Assembly (NCBI GenBank): GCA_965261395.1
Contig: OZ253462.1
Span: 1,888,001-1,952,000, forward strand
Source: Candidatus Latescibacterota bacterium
Lineage (GTDB): Bacteria > Latescibacterota > UBA2968 > UBA8231
Direction of reading: 5' to 3'
Length of the DNA: 64,000 bases
The notes beneath the pieces were generated by a model. The model worked only from the letters and a program-made list of their open reading frames with translations, had not been told where the DNA came from and did not search any database. The position numbers were made by a program, and so were the translations under genes. Below, one piece after another: positions 48,042-57,800 of this stretch (position 1 is the stretch's first letter; every line of letters starts with the position of its first letter).

Positions 48042-50441
48042 ATGTCCGCGAGCAAAAAGACGCGACGACGACCCGCATTGTGGACGGCCCTCGGATTCGG
48101 AATCGGCATTTTCTTGGGGCGGACCGTGGAGATGGGCTTGGTCGCAGCAGCGGCTCTAAGCGGGTTGGCCTTTCTCGGCGCGGCTGTATGCTTCTACCGC
48201 CAGGCACGTTGGGCAGGTTGGTTGCTGTGGATGACCGTCGTCCTGTTAGGCGCGCTGCGTTACCACATCGACACAGCCCTGTCCCCTTTGCCGCACCTAG
48301 TCGCGCTCGAGGTCTTTGGCCAGCGCGGCGTGGTCACCGGACGCATCGTCCAAGAGCCGGAGCGCGGCGACGAGCGAGTGCGCTTTGCCATAGAGCTGGA
48401 ACAGGTGGTCGCTGACAGCGCCATCTACCACTTGGGCGGACAGGTGCTAGTCACGGTGAAAGACGTGTACTTGCCAGCCGACTACGGCGACCGCGTGTCC
48501 CTGCGCGGGAGGCTACAAAGGCCCCGACCAGTCCGCAATCCAGGCGGCTTCGACTACCGAGCCTTTTTAGCCCAGCAGGATATCTACGGCACACTTTTCA
48601 TTGGCAAACCCGAGCAGGTCGTTTCCGTAGAGCGCTTGCCCGGGCACTGGCTGTACGAAGGCGTGGTGCTGCCCCTCAGACGCGCCGTGCGCCAGAGCAT
48701 TGAGCGCAATCTCGCAGGAGCACCGGCCGGGCTGTTGTTGGGCGTGCTCTTGGGAGAGAAGCAGCGGATTCCCGAGGAGGTGCGCGCTGCGTTTCGCAGC
48801 ACCGGGCTGGCGCACGCGCTGGTGGTCAGCGGACTCCACGTCGGGATGGTGGGCGGGTTTTTCTTCTTCGGGTTCCGGCTCCTGCGGCTCGCCGATCGGC
48901 CAAGTTCCGCGGCCACCATCGCCGCGCTGGTGCTCTATGCCCTCGCAACCGGGGCGCAGGTGCCGGTGGTGCGGGCGGTGCTGATGGGAGCGGTGGTGCT
49001 GTTGGGGCGGGTGCTCCGGCGGCAGGGCGACATTTACAACACCCTTGGGCTGGCGGCGCTAGCGATCTTGGTGATATGGCCAGAGAGTCCGTGGAGCCTG
49101 AGCTTCCAACTCTCCTTTGGCGCGACGTGGGCCATCGTCGCCTTGCACGGGCCGCTCGCCTCGCTTTTCCCCGCAACCTATCAACGCGCCGATAGCCGAG
49201 TCGGCCGCTGGATCGCCACTCCGCTGTGCGCCTCGCTGGCGGCCCAGCTCGGCACTGGGCCTTTGATCGCCTATTCCTTTCAACAGCTAGCCTTGGGGGC
49301 CGTGGTGGCCAATATAGTGGTAGTGCCGCTCTTGGCGCTCGCTGTGGGCTTGGGCCTGCTGGCCGCATTGACGGGGTGGATTTTGCCCTGGATAGCCACC
49401 GCGTTCAACGCCGCCAATTACTTGGTCCTCGTGGGGCTGATCGAGCTAGTCTCGTGGTGGGCCGCGCTGCCCTTTGCGTCTGTGACGGTGCCGCGCCCGG
49501 GGATGCTCTTCGTCGCAGTGACCGCCGCGCTCTGCCTACTCGGCCCACTCCTACCCCACAGGGCGTGGGCGCGCAAGGCCGCCATCTTCACAGCCCTCAT
49601 CTGGCTCAATGTCGCGGTGTGGTCCTACGCGCTCCGCTCCCGCGACTTGGAAATCGTCTTTTTGGACGTGGGGCAAGGCGACGCGGCTTTGGTGCGCTTC
49701 CCCAACGGCAAAACCATGGTCGTCGATGGCGGCCAGCGCAGCGAATACTTCGACCACGGCGAACAGGTGCTGTTGCCTTTCTTGCGCTACATGGGCGTCC
49801 GGCGGGTCGATATCGTCGTGGCTTCGCATCCGCACAACGACCATATCGGCGGGCTGGTAGCCCTGCTGGAGCAAATGGAAGTCGGCCACTTTCTCGACAG
49901 CGGGCAAGGCTATGGCTCGTGGACAGCGCGGCGGCTGCAGGAACTCATCGCCGAGCGGGGGGTACGCTACCACCGAGTCGCGGCGGGCGACAGCTTGGCG
50001 GGCTTGGGCGGGGTCGCGGGGCTGGTCCTACATCCGACTGCGGACTTTGTCGATACAGACGGCAACTCCCCTTTTGGCCTCAATAACGGCTCGGTAGCCT
50101 TTAGCTTGCAGCACGGAGCCGTGCGGGTGCTCTTTACCGGCGACGTAGAGCAGGAGACCGATCCTTCGATTCTCGCTTGGGGAGCGCGGCTGCAAGCGCA
50201 ATTGCTCAAGGTGGCTCACCACGGCTCGCGCACCTCGTCGCAGCCGCTTTTTGTCGCGGCGGTTGCGCCCGCAGTGGCGGTAATGTCGCTGGGGGAGGGC
50301 AACAAGTTCAAACACCCGGCCCCGGAGGTCGTCGCGCGCTACACAGCGCACGGGGCGCGGGTACTGCGCACCGACCACACCGGCGCGGTGCAAGTGCGGA
50401 TTGACGGCACGGGCATGGCCGTGCAGACGATGCTGGAGTGA
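48042..50441 (+). CDS. comEC: Competence protein ComEC/Rec2
   Basis: RNPGGFDY, AHALVVSGLHVG, FQLSF, LDVGQGD, SHPHNDH, HHGS. Confidence 0.95.
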   Translation: MSASKKTRRRPALWTALGFGIGIFLGRTVEMGLVAAAALSGLAFLGAAVCFYRQARWAGWLLWMTVVLLGALRYHIDTALSPLPHLVALEVFGQRGVVTGRIVQEPERGDERVRFAIELEQVVADSAIYHLGGQVLVTVKDVYLPADYGDRVSLRGRLQRPRPVRNPGGFDYRAFLAQQDIYGTLFIGKPEQVVSVERLPGHWLYEGVVLPLRRAVRQSIERNLAGAPAGLLLGVLLGEKQRIPEEVRAAFRSTGLAHALVVSGLHVGMVGGFFFFGFRLLRLADRPSSAATIAALVLYALATGAQVPVVRAVLMGAVVLLGRVLRRQGDIYNTLGLAALAILVIWPESPWSLSFQLSFGATWAIVALHGPLASLFPATYQRADSRVGRWIATPLCASLAAQLGTGPLIAYSFQQLALGAVVANIVVVPLLALAVGLGLLAALTGWILPWIATAFNAANYLVLVGLIELVSWWAALPFASVTVPRPGMLFVAVTAALCLLGPLLPHRAWARKAAIFTALIWLNVAVWSYALRSRDLEIVFLDVGQGDAALVRFPNGKTMVVDGGQRSEYFDHGEQVLLPFLRYMGVRRVDIVVASHPHNDHIGGLVALLEQMEVGHFLDSGQGYGSWTARRLQELIAERGVRYHRVAAGDSLAGLGGVAGLVLHPTADFVDTDGNSPFGLNNGSVAFSLQHGAVRVLFTGDVEQETDPSILAWGARLQAQLLKVAHHGSRTSSQPLFVAAVAPAVAVMSLGEGNKFKHPAPEVVARYTAHGARVLRTDHTGAVQVRIDGTGMAVQTMLE

Positions 50442-50450
50442 GGGATGCGC

Positions 50451-51539
50451 CTAGTCTTGCAGCCCCAATTCGGGCCGCTCAATCAAGGACCGCAGGCGGT
50501 CGAGGAAACGGGCCGCCGCGCCGTTTTCGAGCAGTCGGCTCTCAACCGTCAGGCTTAAAGCGATCAACGCTCGTGGCACCACTCGGCCCTCGCGCACGGC
50601 CGGGCGCTCGGCAATGCGCCCCAGTCCCAAGGTCGCGTGGTAGGGTGGACGGAGGATCGGGGTAAAGGCGTCGATGCCGTACATGCCGAAGTTGGCGATG
50701 GCAAAGGTGCCACCCTGCGTGGCCTCCGGCTTCAAGACACGCCGCCGCACCTGAAGCGCTAGGGAGCGCGCCGCGGCCGCGAGTTCGGCCCAGCTCTTGG
50801 TATGCGCGTCGCGGATAACCGGAGTCACCAAATCTTCGCCCGTATCTACGGCGAGGCTGAGATGGACGGCCTCAGTCTCTGCGGCATTCAACTGAGGATG
50901 CTCGGCCAAGGCGACGACCACCAGCTTGGCAATCAGATGGTGATAGGCAGGTGCCGGTGCACCCTCCGCCTTGAGCAGCGGGCGCAACGTCACCAACTCG
51001 GTGGCGTCTGCTTCGGTAGTCAGGATCGCGGGGGCCGCTTGGCCACTGCGGACGGCAGCCGCGCGGACATCGCGCTCGACGATCCGGCCCGTGCGGCCGC
51101 TGCCGGTGAGCGCGCGCCATTCCACCCCGAGCGCCGAGGCCACGCGCCGGGCGCGTGGGCTGATGGTCGGCTCTCCGGAACGGGCCGGCGCAGGGGTTGG
51201 GGCCGGCTCTGGCTTTGCTACGGGCGCGGGTTCCGCAGGCGTTGGCACCGATTCTACTGAGGGAGTTGAGGCTGGTGCGGTCGGCATTTCCTCGCCGGGC
51301 TGCAACAGATAACCCAACAGGGTACCCACCGGCACGGTATCGCCGGGTTGGGGCGCGTCCGGGGGAATGCACAGGATGCCACCGGAGAAGGTCTCGATCT
51401 CGTTGAGGGCCTTGTCGCTTTCCACCGTAAAGAGGATTTCGCCCGCCTCGACTGTGTCGCCATCGGCTTTGAGCCACTCGACGAGGGTGCCCTCCTCCAT
51501 GGTCCACCCCAAGCGGGGCATTGCGATTGCCTCGGCCAT
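50451..51539 (-). CDS. 2-oxoacid dehydrogenase E2-like protein with degenerate catalytic domain
   Basis: Lipoyl VESDKA, PSBD SPRARR..GRI; LTVESRLLEN in place of DHRxxDG. Confidence 0.8.
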   Translation of the reverse strand: MAEAIAMPRLGWTMEEGTLVEWLKADGDTVEAGEILFTVESDKALNEIETFSGGILCIPPDAPQPGDTVPVGTLLGYLLQPGEEMPTAPASTPSVESVPTPAEPAPVAKPEPAPTPAPARSGEPTISPRARRVASALGVEWRALTGSGRTGRIVERDVRAAAVRSGQAAPAILTTEADATELVTLRPLLKAEGAPAPAYHHLIAKLVVVALAEHPQLNAAETEAVHLSLAVDTGEDLVTPVIRDAHTKSWAELAAAARSLALQVRRRVLKPEATQGGTFAIANFGMYGIDAFTPILRPPYHATLGLGRIAERPAVREGRVVPRALIALSLTVESRLLENGAAARFLDRLRSLIERPELGLQD

Positions 51540-51548
51540 GACTTGCTC

Positions 51549-52526
51549 TTACTCGGCCATCAAGTCGCGGATGGCCCGTTCGATGTCCTTCCTGTTGGGC
51601 GCGACCACGGCCTCTAAAGGTGCGCTGTACGGCGTGGGCACGTGCGCGCCGTTGAGGCGGCGCACCGGCGCGTCGAGGTCGTCGAAGGCCCGGTCAACCA
51701 CTGCGGCGGCGATTTCTGCGCCCATGCCGCAGGGGGCAAAGGTCTCATCGACGATCAGCAGGCGGCCCGTCCGGTGTACGGATTCGAGCACAGTGTCGAT
51801 GTCGAGGGGGGACGTAGTGCGGGGGTCGATGACTTCGACCGAAATGCCCTCGCCGGACAGGGCCTCGGCGACTTGGAGCGTCTCGGGCACCATGGTCGTC
51901 AAAGCCACGACGGTCAGGTGCTCTCCGCGGCGGCAGACAGCGGCTTGGCCAAAGGGGATACAGTACTCCTCTTCCGGAACTTCGCCACGGCTGTTGAGCA
52001 AGGACTTGTGTTCGAGGAAGAGCACTGGGTCGTCGCCGCGCAGGGCCGTCTTGAGCAGGCCCTTGGCGTCGTACGGATTGGACGGCACCGCGACCTTGAA
52101 GCCGGGCAGATGCGTAAAGATCGGATAGTAATTGCCCGAGTGATGGGTGGCAGCCGCACCGCCGACGCCAATGCAGCCGCGCAGGACGATGGGCATTTTC
52201 AGGCGACCGCTGCTCATGTACTGCATCTTGGCGATCTGGTTGATCAGTTCGCCGAACGCATCGAGGATAAAGTCCAAGAACATGAAATCCACGACGGGCC
52301 GCGTACCGGTCATGGCCGCGCCAGCGCACAGACCGACGAAGCCGCGTTCGCATATTGGGGTGTCGCGCAGGCGCTCCGGGCCGTACAGGTCGAAGAGGCC
52401 GACGGTGGTGTTGAAGTTGCCGCCGCGCGGACCAACGCCCTCGCCAACGACGAAAATGGTCTCGTCGCGCGCCATCTCCTCGGCTAGGGCTTGGCGCGCC
52501 GCTTCTACATACGTGAGTTCGGGCAT
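51549..52526 (-). CDS. Acetoin/pyruvate dehydrogenase E1 beta
   Basis: DTPICE, DAKGLL, DPVLFLEHK, LDAPV.R. Confidence 0.92.
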   Translation of the reverse strand: MPELTYVEAARQALAEEMARDETIFVVGEGVGPRGGNFNTTVGLFDLYGPERLRDTPICERGFVGLCAGAAMTGTRPVVDFMFLDFILDAFGELINQIAKMQYMSSGRLKMPIVLRGCIGVGGAAATHHSGNYYPIFTHLPGFKVAVPSNPYDAKGLLKTALRGDDPVLFLEHKSLLNSRGEVPEEEYCIPFGQAAVCRRGEHLTVVALTTMVPETLQVAEALSGEGISVEVIDPRTTSPLDIDTVLESVHRTGRLLIVDETFAPCGMGAEIAAAVVDRAFDDLDAPVRRLNGAHVPTPYSAPLEAVVAPNRKDIERAIRDLMAE

Positions 52527-53524
52527 TACGCGCCGCCCCTTTGGCTAAAGACGTGGTCGGCCACGGTGGCCGGGTCGGGCCACGGGCTGTCGTGAGCAAA
52601 TTGCAGGGCCTCGGCGATTAGTGCGGTGACATCCGCGGTGATCGCGTCGAGTTCTTCTTGGCGGGCGTGGCCTACATCTAGCAGCCTCTGGGCAAAGGCC
52701 GGGATGGGATCGCGCTCTTTCCACTCGTCGATTTCTTCGGTGGAGCGATAGCCCCCGTCGCGCATTCCCTCGGCGTGTGGCCGGGTGCGGTAGGTCTTGC
52801 ACTCAAGGAGGGTCGGGCCGCCGCCTTGGCGCGCGCGCGTTAACGCTTCGTCGGCCGCCGCGTACACCGCAGCCACGTCATTGCCGTCGACAGCAATGCC
52901 GGGCAGTCCGTAGGCTGCGGCGCGGTTGGCCACCTGCGGATTGCGGGTGGTATCGACAAAGGCCACTTCCGTGGCGTAGAGGTTGTTTTCGCAGACGAAG
53001 AGCGCTGGCAACTGCCAGTTGGTCGCCAGGTTGATGCCCTCGTGGAAGGCTCCGTTGGCTACCGCCCCGTCGCCAAAGAAGGCCACGCCGACCTTGGGGA
53101 CGCCCAAGAGTTTAAAGGAGTAGCCAGCACCGGCGGCTTGGAGGATGCAGGGACCGACGATGCCGCTGGTGCCCATCATCCCCACTTGCGGCGAGAAAAG
53201 GTGCATAGAGCCGCCGCGCCCCTGCGAGCAGCCCGTGGCTTTGCCGAAAAGTTCGGCGATCAGCTCCTTGGGGGGGACGCCTTTGGCGAGGGCATGGCCG
53301 TGGCCGCGATGGGTGCTAAAAACCGCATCGTCGTCGTTGAGGTGAGCGCAAACGCCGGTGGCGATGGCTTCCTCGCCGACGTAGGTATGGCAAGCACCGG
53401 GAATCAAGCCGGCTTGGTAGGAACGAGCGAGCTGTTCTTCGCAGCGGCGGATGACCAGCATCTGGCGATAGAGCGCCAGACAGGTATCCTTGTCGGGCAG
53501 AACTGCTTCGGTTGAGGTAGGCAT
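52526..53524 (-). CDS. Acetoin/pyruvate dehydrogenase E1 alpha
   Basis: STHRGHGH, GRGGSMH, GDGA...ENN TPP motif. Confidence 0.92.
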   Translation of the reverse strand: MPTSTEAVLPDKDTCLALYRQMLVIRRCEEQLARSYQAGLIPGACHTYVGEEAIATGVCAHLNDDDAVFSTHRGHGHALAKGVPPKELIAELFGKATGCSQGRGGSMHLFSPQVGMMGTSGIVGPCILQAAGAGYSFKLLGVPKVGVAFFGDGAVANGAFHEGINLATNWQLPALFVCENNLYATEVAFVDTTRNPQVANRAAAYGLPGIAVDGNDVAAVYAAADEALTRARQGGGPTLLECKTYRTRPHAEGMRDGGYRSTEEIDEWKERDPIPAFAQRLLDVGHARQEELDAITADVTALIAEALQFAHDSPWPDPATVADHVFSQRGGA

Positions 53525-53625
53525 GGCGGCGAATATAGCGATTGTCCGCTGCCATGCCAAAGACATCCGTGGGATCTGTCGCTATAGTTCCCCATTGCGG
53601 GAGAAACGCCCGCGACCCAAGATCT

Positions 53626-54807
53626 CTACTGCGTTTCCCACACCGCCTTTTTGCGAAAGGCGTCGAGGTCCAAGTCGCCGCGGGCGTAGGCGTCAATAGC
53701 GGACTTGGGCACCTTGAGCAGTGCGCTGCGGGCGGAGAACGGGGAGCGATATTCGACGATGACGTGCTCATCGGCCTGGACTTGGTGGAGGGTCGCGCCG
53801 TAGTCGGCGACGGCTTCGACAATTTTGGCTTTGACGGTGGCGCGGGGCAAAGGGTTGGCAATGCGCATCGGGTCACTCATAAAAAATAGGGCACCTACGT
53901 CCGGCTGATACATCCCCAAAGTGCGTTGGATGCGTGACCAGGGAGGATACGAGCCGTGCCTAAAGACTTGGTCGAGGATGCCAGCCATGATGTCGATTTT
54001 CCTCAAGTCCTTGTACTCGGCAAAGGCGATGCGCTGGCGGAAGGTAACCGAATCGATCCGCCCCTCGCGAAAGGCGTCAATAGCAGATTTTTTGACGGTG
54101 GCCGCGATTGCAGCGGAGTGTACGTTATAGAAGCGGACGTGAACTTTGACTGGAGAATCTGCTTCTCCGACTGCCTCCGCTAGCGACTTGTCGATTTGGC
54201 CCCCCGCTACCAGCTTCTCTAGGGACTCCTGTAGGTACTCCCGCGCTTTAGCTATCGTTGGGATTTGCTCGTCGTCAATTGAGAAATGGAACTCGAAACG
54301 GGACTTCTTTAAAGAGTCAGGGACAGCCACGACTAATTCTTTAAAATCGAAGCGGCTCCCCCTAAGTTCAGGTATCGCTTCGACTTGCTTGGGAAGGTCG
54401 AAAGACACGGTATCTGCGACGGCGGGACGTGGGGGCCACTTAGGCTGATAGCAGACCGTTATCCGGTCGTCTTGGTCGAGTTGGCTGATAGTGCCGCCGT
54501 AGTCGCCCAGAAATTCGGCGAGCAGGTCGTGGATTGCAGCCAGCAATTCCCCCTGCGATAGCGATTTGTCCCATCTCTCCGCCCCAGGTGCTAGCCGAGC
54601 CGCCACAAAGAGCACCCCATAGCCGTCGAGATACAGGCCACGGGCACGGAAGTTAGCACCATCAGGCACGTCGTAATACAGGTTCTCGTTGGAGAGCACC
54701 CCCTCCATGATGCGGATGTCGCGCTGCATGCGCTGGGGATTGACGTCGGCGAGGCTGGTAGTGGCCATGAAGCCAGCGACTAGGATGGCGCGGTAGAGCG
54801 TGGTCAT
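53626..54807 (-). CDS. Secreted hypothetical protein
   Basis: Long ORF with signal peptide, GGAG RBS, downstream of the anti-sigma gene. Confidence 0.75.
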   Translation of the reverse strand: MTTLYRAILVAGFMATTSLADVNPQRMQRDIRIMEGVLSNENLYYDVPDGANFRARGLYLDGYGVLFVAARLAPGAERWDKSLSQGELLAAIHDLLAEFLGDYGGTISQLDQDDRITVCYQPKWPPRPAVADTVSFDLPKQVEAIPELRGSRFDFKELVVAVPDSLKKSRFEFHFSIDDEQIPTIAKAREYLQESLEKLVAGGQIDKSLAEAVGEADSPVKVHVRFYNVHSAAIAATVKKSAIDAFREGRIDSVTFRQRIAFAEYKDLRKIDIMAGILDQVFRHGSYPPWSRIQRTLGMYQPDVGALFFMSDPMRIANPLPRATVKAKIVEAVADYGATLHQVQADEHVIVEYRSPFSARSALLKVPKSAIDAYARGDLDLDAFRKKAVWETQ

Positions 54808-54816
54808 GGCAATCTC

Positions 54817-55425
54817 CTATGGGTTGGTATAGCGCGCTGCCGGCAGCACTTCCAGCACGGGTGCTTCGTTGCGACGCAAGTGGATGTAGATCTCGCGGTC
54901 GAACTGTTCGAACTGGCGGTTGATGAGCTGCAAGTCTTGGTAGCGCTGGGCTTGGATCTCGGTCAGCAAATGGTCGAGGACTCTCTGCTGTCGCACCTCA
55001 GAAGCCCGCAGAAGCTGGTTCATTAACGCGAGGGTGCCCTCCTGTGTCGCCAGCACTTCCGCCCGCGTGGGGGTTCGTCCGCCAGCGCTTCCCCCCCACT
55101 TGAGGTCGAGTTCGCCGGCGCGGTAGCTGAGTTCAAACTCCGGCCACGCCAAAAAGAGAGCCAGCGCAACCACCGCTACAGCAGCTAAACCCGCCATCAG
55201 GCGGAAGCGCCGACGCGGCACCTCGGCCTCGACAAACGTCAAGTCGAGGCGCGGAGCCTCGTCCGGCCAAGCTCGGAGCAATGCCTGTGTGCTAGCGAGC
55301 GCGTCGAGTTCGCGGCGGCACGTCGCACAAGTGGCCACGTGCTCTTTAATGCGCTCCTGCTCGCCTTCCTCGCATTCGCCGTAAAAAAAGGTGAGCAAGT
55401 CTTCTTTTCTTACGTTACAGTCCAT
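54817..55425 (-). CDS. Zinc-finger (HxxxCxxC) transmembrane anti-sigma factor
   Basis: HVATCATC, single TM, overlaps the sigma gene. Confidence 0.85.
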   Translation of the reverse strand: MDCNVRKEDLLTFFYGECEEGEQERIKEHVATCATCRRELDALASTQALLRAWPDEAPRLDLTFVEAEVPRRRFRLMAGLAAVAVVALALFLAWPEFELSYRAGELDLKWGGSAGGRTPTRAEVLATQEGTLALMNQLLRASEVRQQRVLDHLLTEIQAQRYQDLQLINRQFEQFDREIYIHLRRNEAPVLEVLPAARYTNP

Positions 55426-55972
55426 CTTCGTCAATGTCCCACTGGTTAAAGGTTTTTCGCAGGGCCTTAAGGCCGTAGTAAAGGCGCGATTTGACCGTGT
55501 TGATCGGGGCGTCGAGCACTTCGGCAATTTCCCGAAACTTCAGCCCCTCGTATTCCTTGAGCACCACGACGACGCGCTGTTCTTCGGGCAGGGTCTGCAA
55601 GGCGCGGTTGAGCAGATCGCGTAGCTCGTCCTTGTGCATATCGGCAGCTTGGCACAGTGCCGGATGGGGACCGCCGCTTGCTTCCTCATAGGCATCAAGC
55701 GAGACGTGCTGCGCTCGCTGGCGCAAATGGTCACGGCACAGATTGGCAGCGATCTGGTAGAGCCACGTAGAAAAGCGCTCGGGGTCGCGCAGTCGGTGCA
55801 ACTGGTCATAGGCGCGGATAAAGCTCTGCTGGCAGAGGTCTCGCGCTTCTTCGGAATCGCCGCTGTAGCGGAGCGCGAAGCGGTAGAGGCGGCCCTGCCA
55901 GCGCCAAACCAAGGCATTGAACGCTTGGTGCTGGCCGGCCTTGAAGCGCTGGATGAGATCGGCGTCGCTCAT
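55415..55972 (-). CDS. ECF sigma-70 factor
   Basis: ARDLCQ, FSTWLYQIA.N, EIAEVL...NTVKSRL. Confidence 0.93.
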   Translation of the reverse strand: MSDADLIQRFKAGQHQAFNALVWRWQGRLYRFALRYSGDSEEARDLCQQSFIRAYDQLHRLRDPERFSTWLYQIAANLCRDHLRQRAQHVSLDAYEEASGGPHPALCQAADMHKDELRDLLNRALQTLPEEQRVVVVLKEYEGLKFREIAEVLDAPINTVKSRLYYGLKALRKTFNQWDIDEDGL

Positions 55973-56055
55973 ACCCCTCTAAGACGAGGGACGAGCACAA
56001 AAAGTTTTACGCGAGGAAGATGTTAGCGAAAAAAGTAGCGGAAAAATTAAGACCA

Positions 56056-57006
56056 CTAGCGCCCCAGCCGCGCCAGCACGTGTATCCCAATCGCGGCGGC
56101 GGCCTCGTCCCAGAAGGGGGCCAACTCGCGGGCGGTAGCCGAGCCGTGCTGTTCGCTACAGAAGGAGAACGGTTCCTCCATCAAGCGGACTTGAGATTCC
56201 CACTGCGTCACTTCGAGGGTGGTTTCAATACAGGGCTTGAGGTCGAGGTTGGAGCCAGCGAAGCGGAGCTCGGCGATTCCGACCCGAAGTTGGTAGTCGG
56301 GGATCACGAGAGCGTTAGACTCGCGTTCGCGCATGGCCCAGCGAATGGCGTCCAATTCGGGTAGCCGCCGGACCAGTGCCGGCACGAGAAATCGCTGGAC
56401 TTCGCGGACCTGTTCGCGCACGAAGGCTTCGTCCTCGGTGTCAAAGAACAGGAAAAGGGGATCAAGCGCGACCTCAAAGGGGGTGGTATGGCCGACGACC
56501 AAGAAGTGCAGGAGTGGATCCCCCTGCTCTTGAGGTGCGCTGCTGGCGACCGCCCATGCGAGGGCTCTGAGGATATAGGCGCGGCTCTGGAAGAAGGGCA
56601 CCTTGGCCTTGCGCGCCACCTTTTTGATCCTCTTTTCGAGTAGGATGTTGTTTTCGTTGGCGAGCACACTGCGGCTCTCCTGGGCCAAATAGGCGATTAG
56701 CTTGCCAGCGCGCTCGGGCGCGATGTCTGGCCCGCCCTGCAAAAGCAGCATTCCCCAAGCATCCGTCTCGGCTTTGCGCTGAGCCATTAGTGAGTCGAGC
56801 ATTCCCTGGAGCCGGGGGCGCAACTCTTCTACGGGGACGCCACTTCCTTGCACGATCCTATTTAGGAGGTCCTGCGAATAGCTGGCCTGTTGTGCGAGTT
56901 GCTCTTGCAGGGTGGCGTAGAGTGTGCGACGCAGCGCTGCGTCGCCTTGGTCCGCTAGAGCCAAACCAGCGGTGGGCAGCAAGAAAGCAATGGCTAAGGC
57001 AATCAT
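56056..57006 (-). CDS. Secreted hypothetical protein
   Basis: Long ORF with signal peptide, overlaps the GNAT stop. Confidence 0.65.
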   Translation of the reverse strand: MIALAIAFLLPTAGLALADQGDAALRRTLYATLQEQLAQQASYSQDLLNRIVQGSGVPVEELRPRLQGMLDSLMAQRKAETDAWGMLLLQGGPDIAPERAGKLIAYLAQESRSVLANENNILLEKRIKKVARKAKVPFFQSRAYILRALAWAVASSAPQEQGDPLLHFLVVGHTTPFEVALDPLFLFFDTEDEAFVREQVREVQRFLVPALVRRLPELDAIRWAMRERESNALVIPDYQLRVGIAELRFAGSNLDLKPCIETTLEVTQWESQVRLMEEPFSFCSEQHGSATARELAPFWDEAAAAIGIHVLARLGR

Positions 57007-57569
57007 AGGTCAATCCAGTAGCGCAACTTCTCAACGCGCCGCGCCGGTTTGCGGCCCTCGGCGCGAAATGTTTGGCTGGGCATGGCCATCGCGCTCTCGA
57101 ATTGGCCGCCGTTGTGCTCGATGATCTTGCGCGAGCCAATGTTGTCCGAGTCACAGGTGACCAGCACGCGGCGCAGCCCAATCTCCCGCGATACTACCAG
57201 CGTCAGGGCGAGGATGGCCTTGCCGTAGCCGCGGCACCGCCGAGAGGGTCGGATGCTGTAGCCAATGTGCCCTCCGTAGGTGAGCAAATACGGGGTGCAA
57301 AGCTCGGGCCTTATGGAGGTTTGGCCGATGTACTCGCCATCGTGTACGAGCCAGAGCACTCGGTCCGGGTACGGCACCCGCGAACCCGTCGCATCGGCGA
57401 GGGCCTTGAGGTCGCGCACGAATTGCGGGAATTGGTCGGCGAGGGCGTCGCTGTCGTAGCCGAGGGATCGGGCGTACGTCGAGTCGAAACGGCCTTCAGC
57501 TAAGAACTCGGCCGCGCCCTCCAGGAAGCTATCCCGGTACAGGACGGAGGGGGTGGCGAGGGATTGCAT
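57003..57569 (-). CDS. GNAT family acetyltransferase
   Basis: GGHIGYSIRPS.R.RGYG, VTCD.DN.GSRKIIE.NGG. Confidence 0.9.
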   Translation of the reverse strand: MQSLATPSVLYRDSFLEGAAEFLAEGRFDSTYARSLGYDSDALADQFPQFVRDLKALADATGSRVPYPDRVLWLVHDGEYIGQTSIRPELCTPYLLTYGGHIGYSIRPSRRCRGYGKAILALTLVVSREIGLRRVLVTCDSDNIGSRKIIEHNGGQFESAMAMPSQTFRAEGRKPARRVEKLRYWIDL

Positions 57570-57800
57570 GATAGGTTGGATATAACATGGCTGGGCAGGA
57601 TTGCTTGGGGTGGGGCAAGGTAGGGAGTGGAGGTACGACCGTCAACTTAGCGGGACGCGCTTGCCGATTCGCAGGTGTGTATCTTAATTGGCTAATAGCT
57701 AAATCACCCCTCCCTTGGGAGCAGTCGGCGCATCAACCGCGACCGGTGGAGGCCGTATCTAAAGTGTATAACATGGCTTATCGACAGCGGAACTAAAACC

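Noticed and set aside
57600-57800. SAH or other riboswitch upstream of pckA-ahcY
   Set aside because: No consensus motif found by eye.
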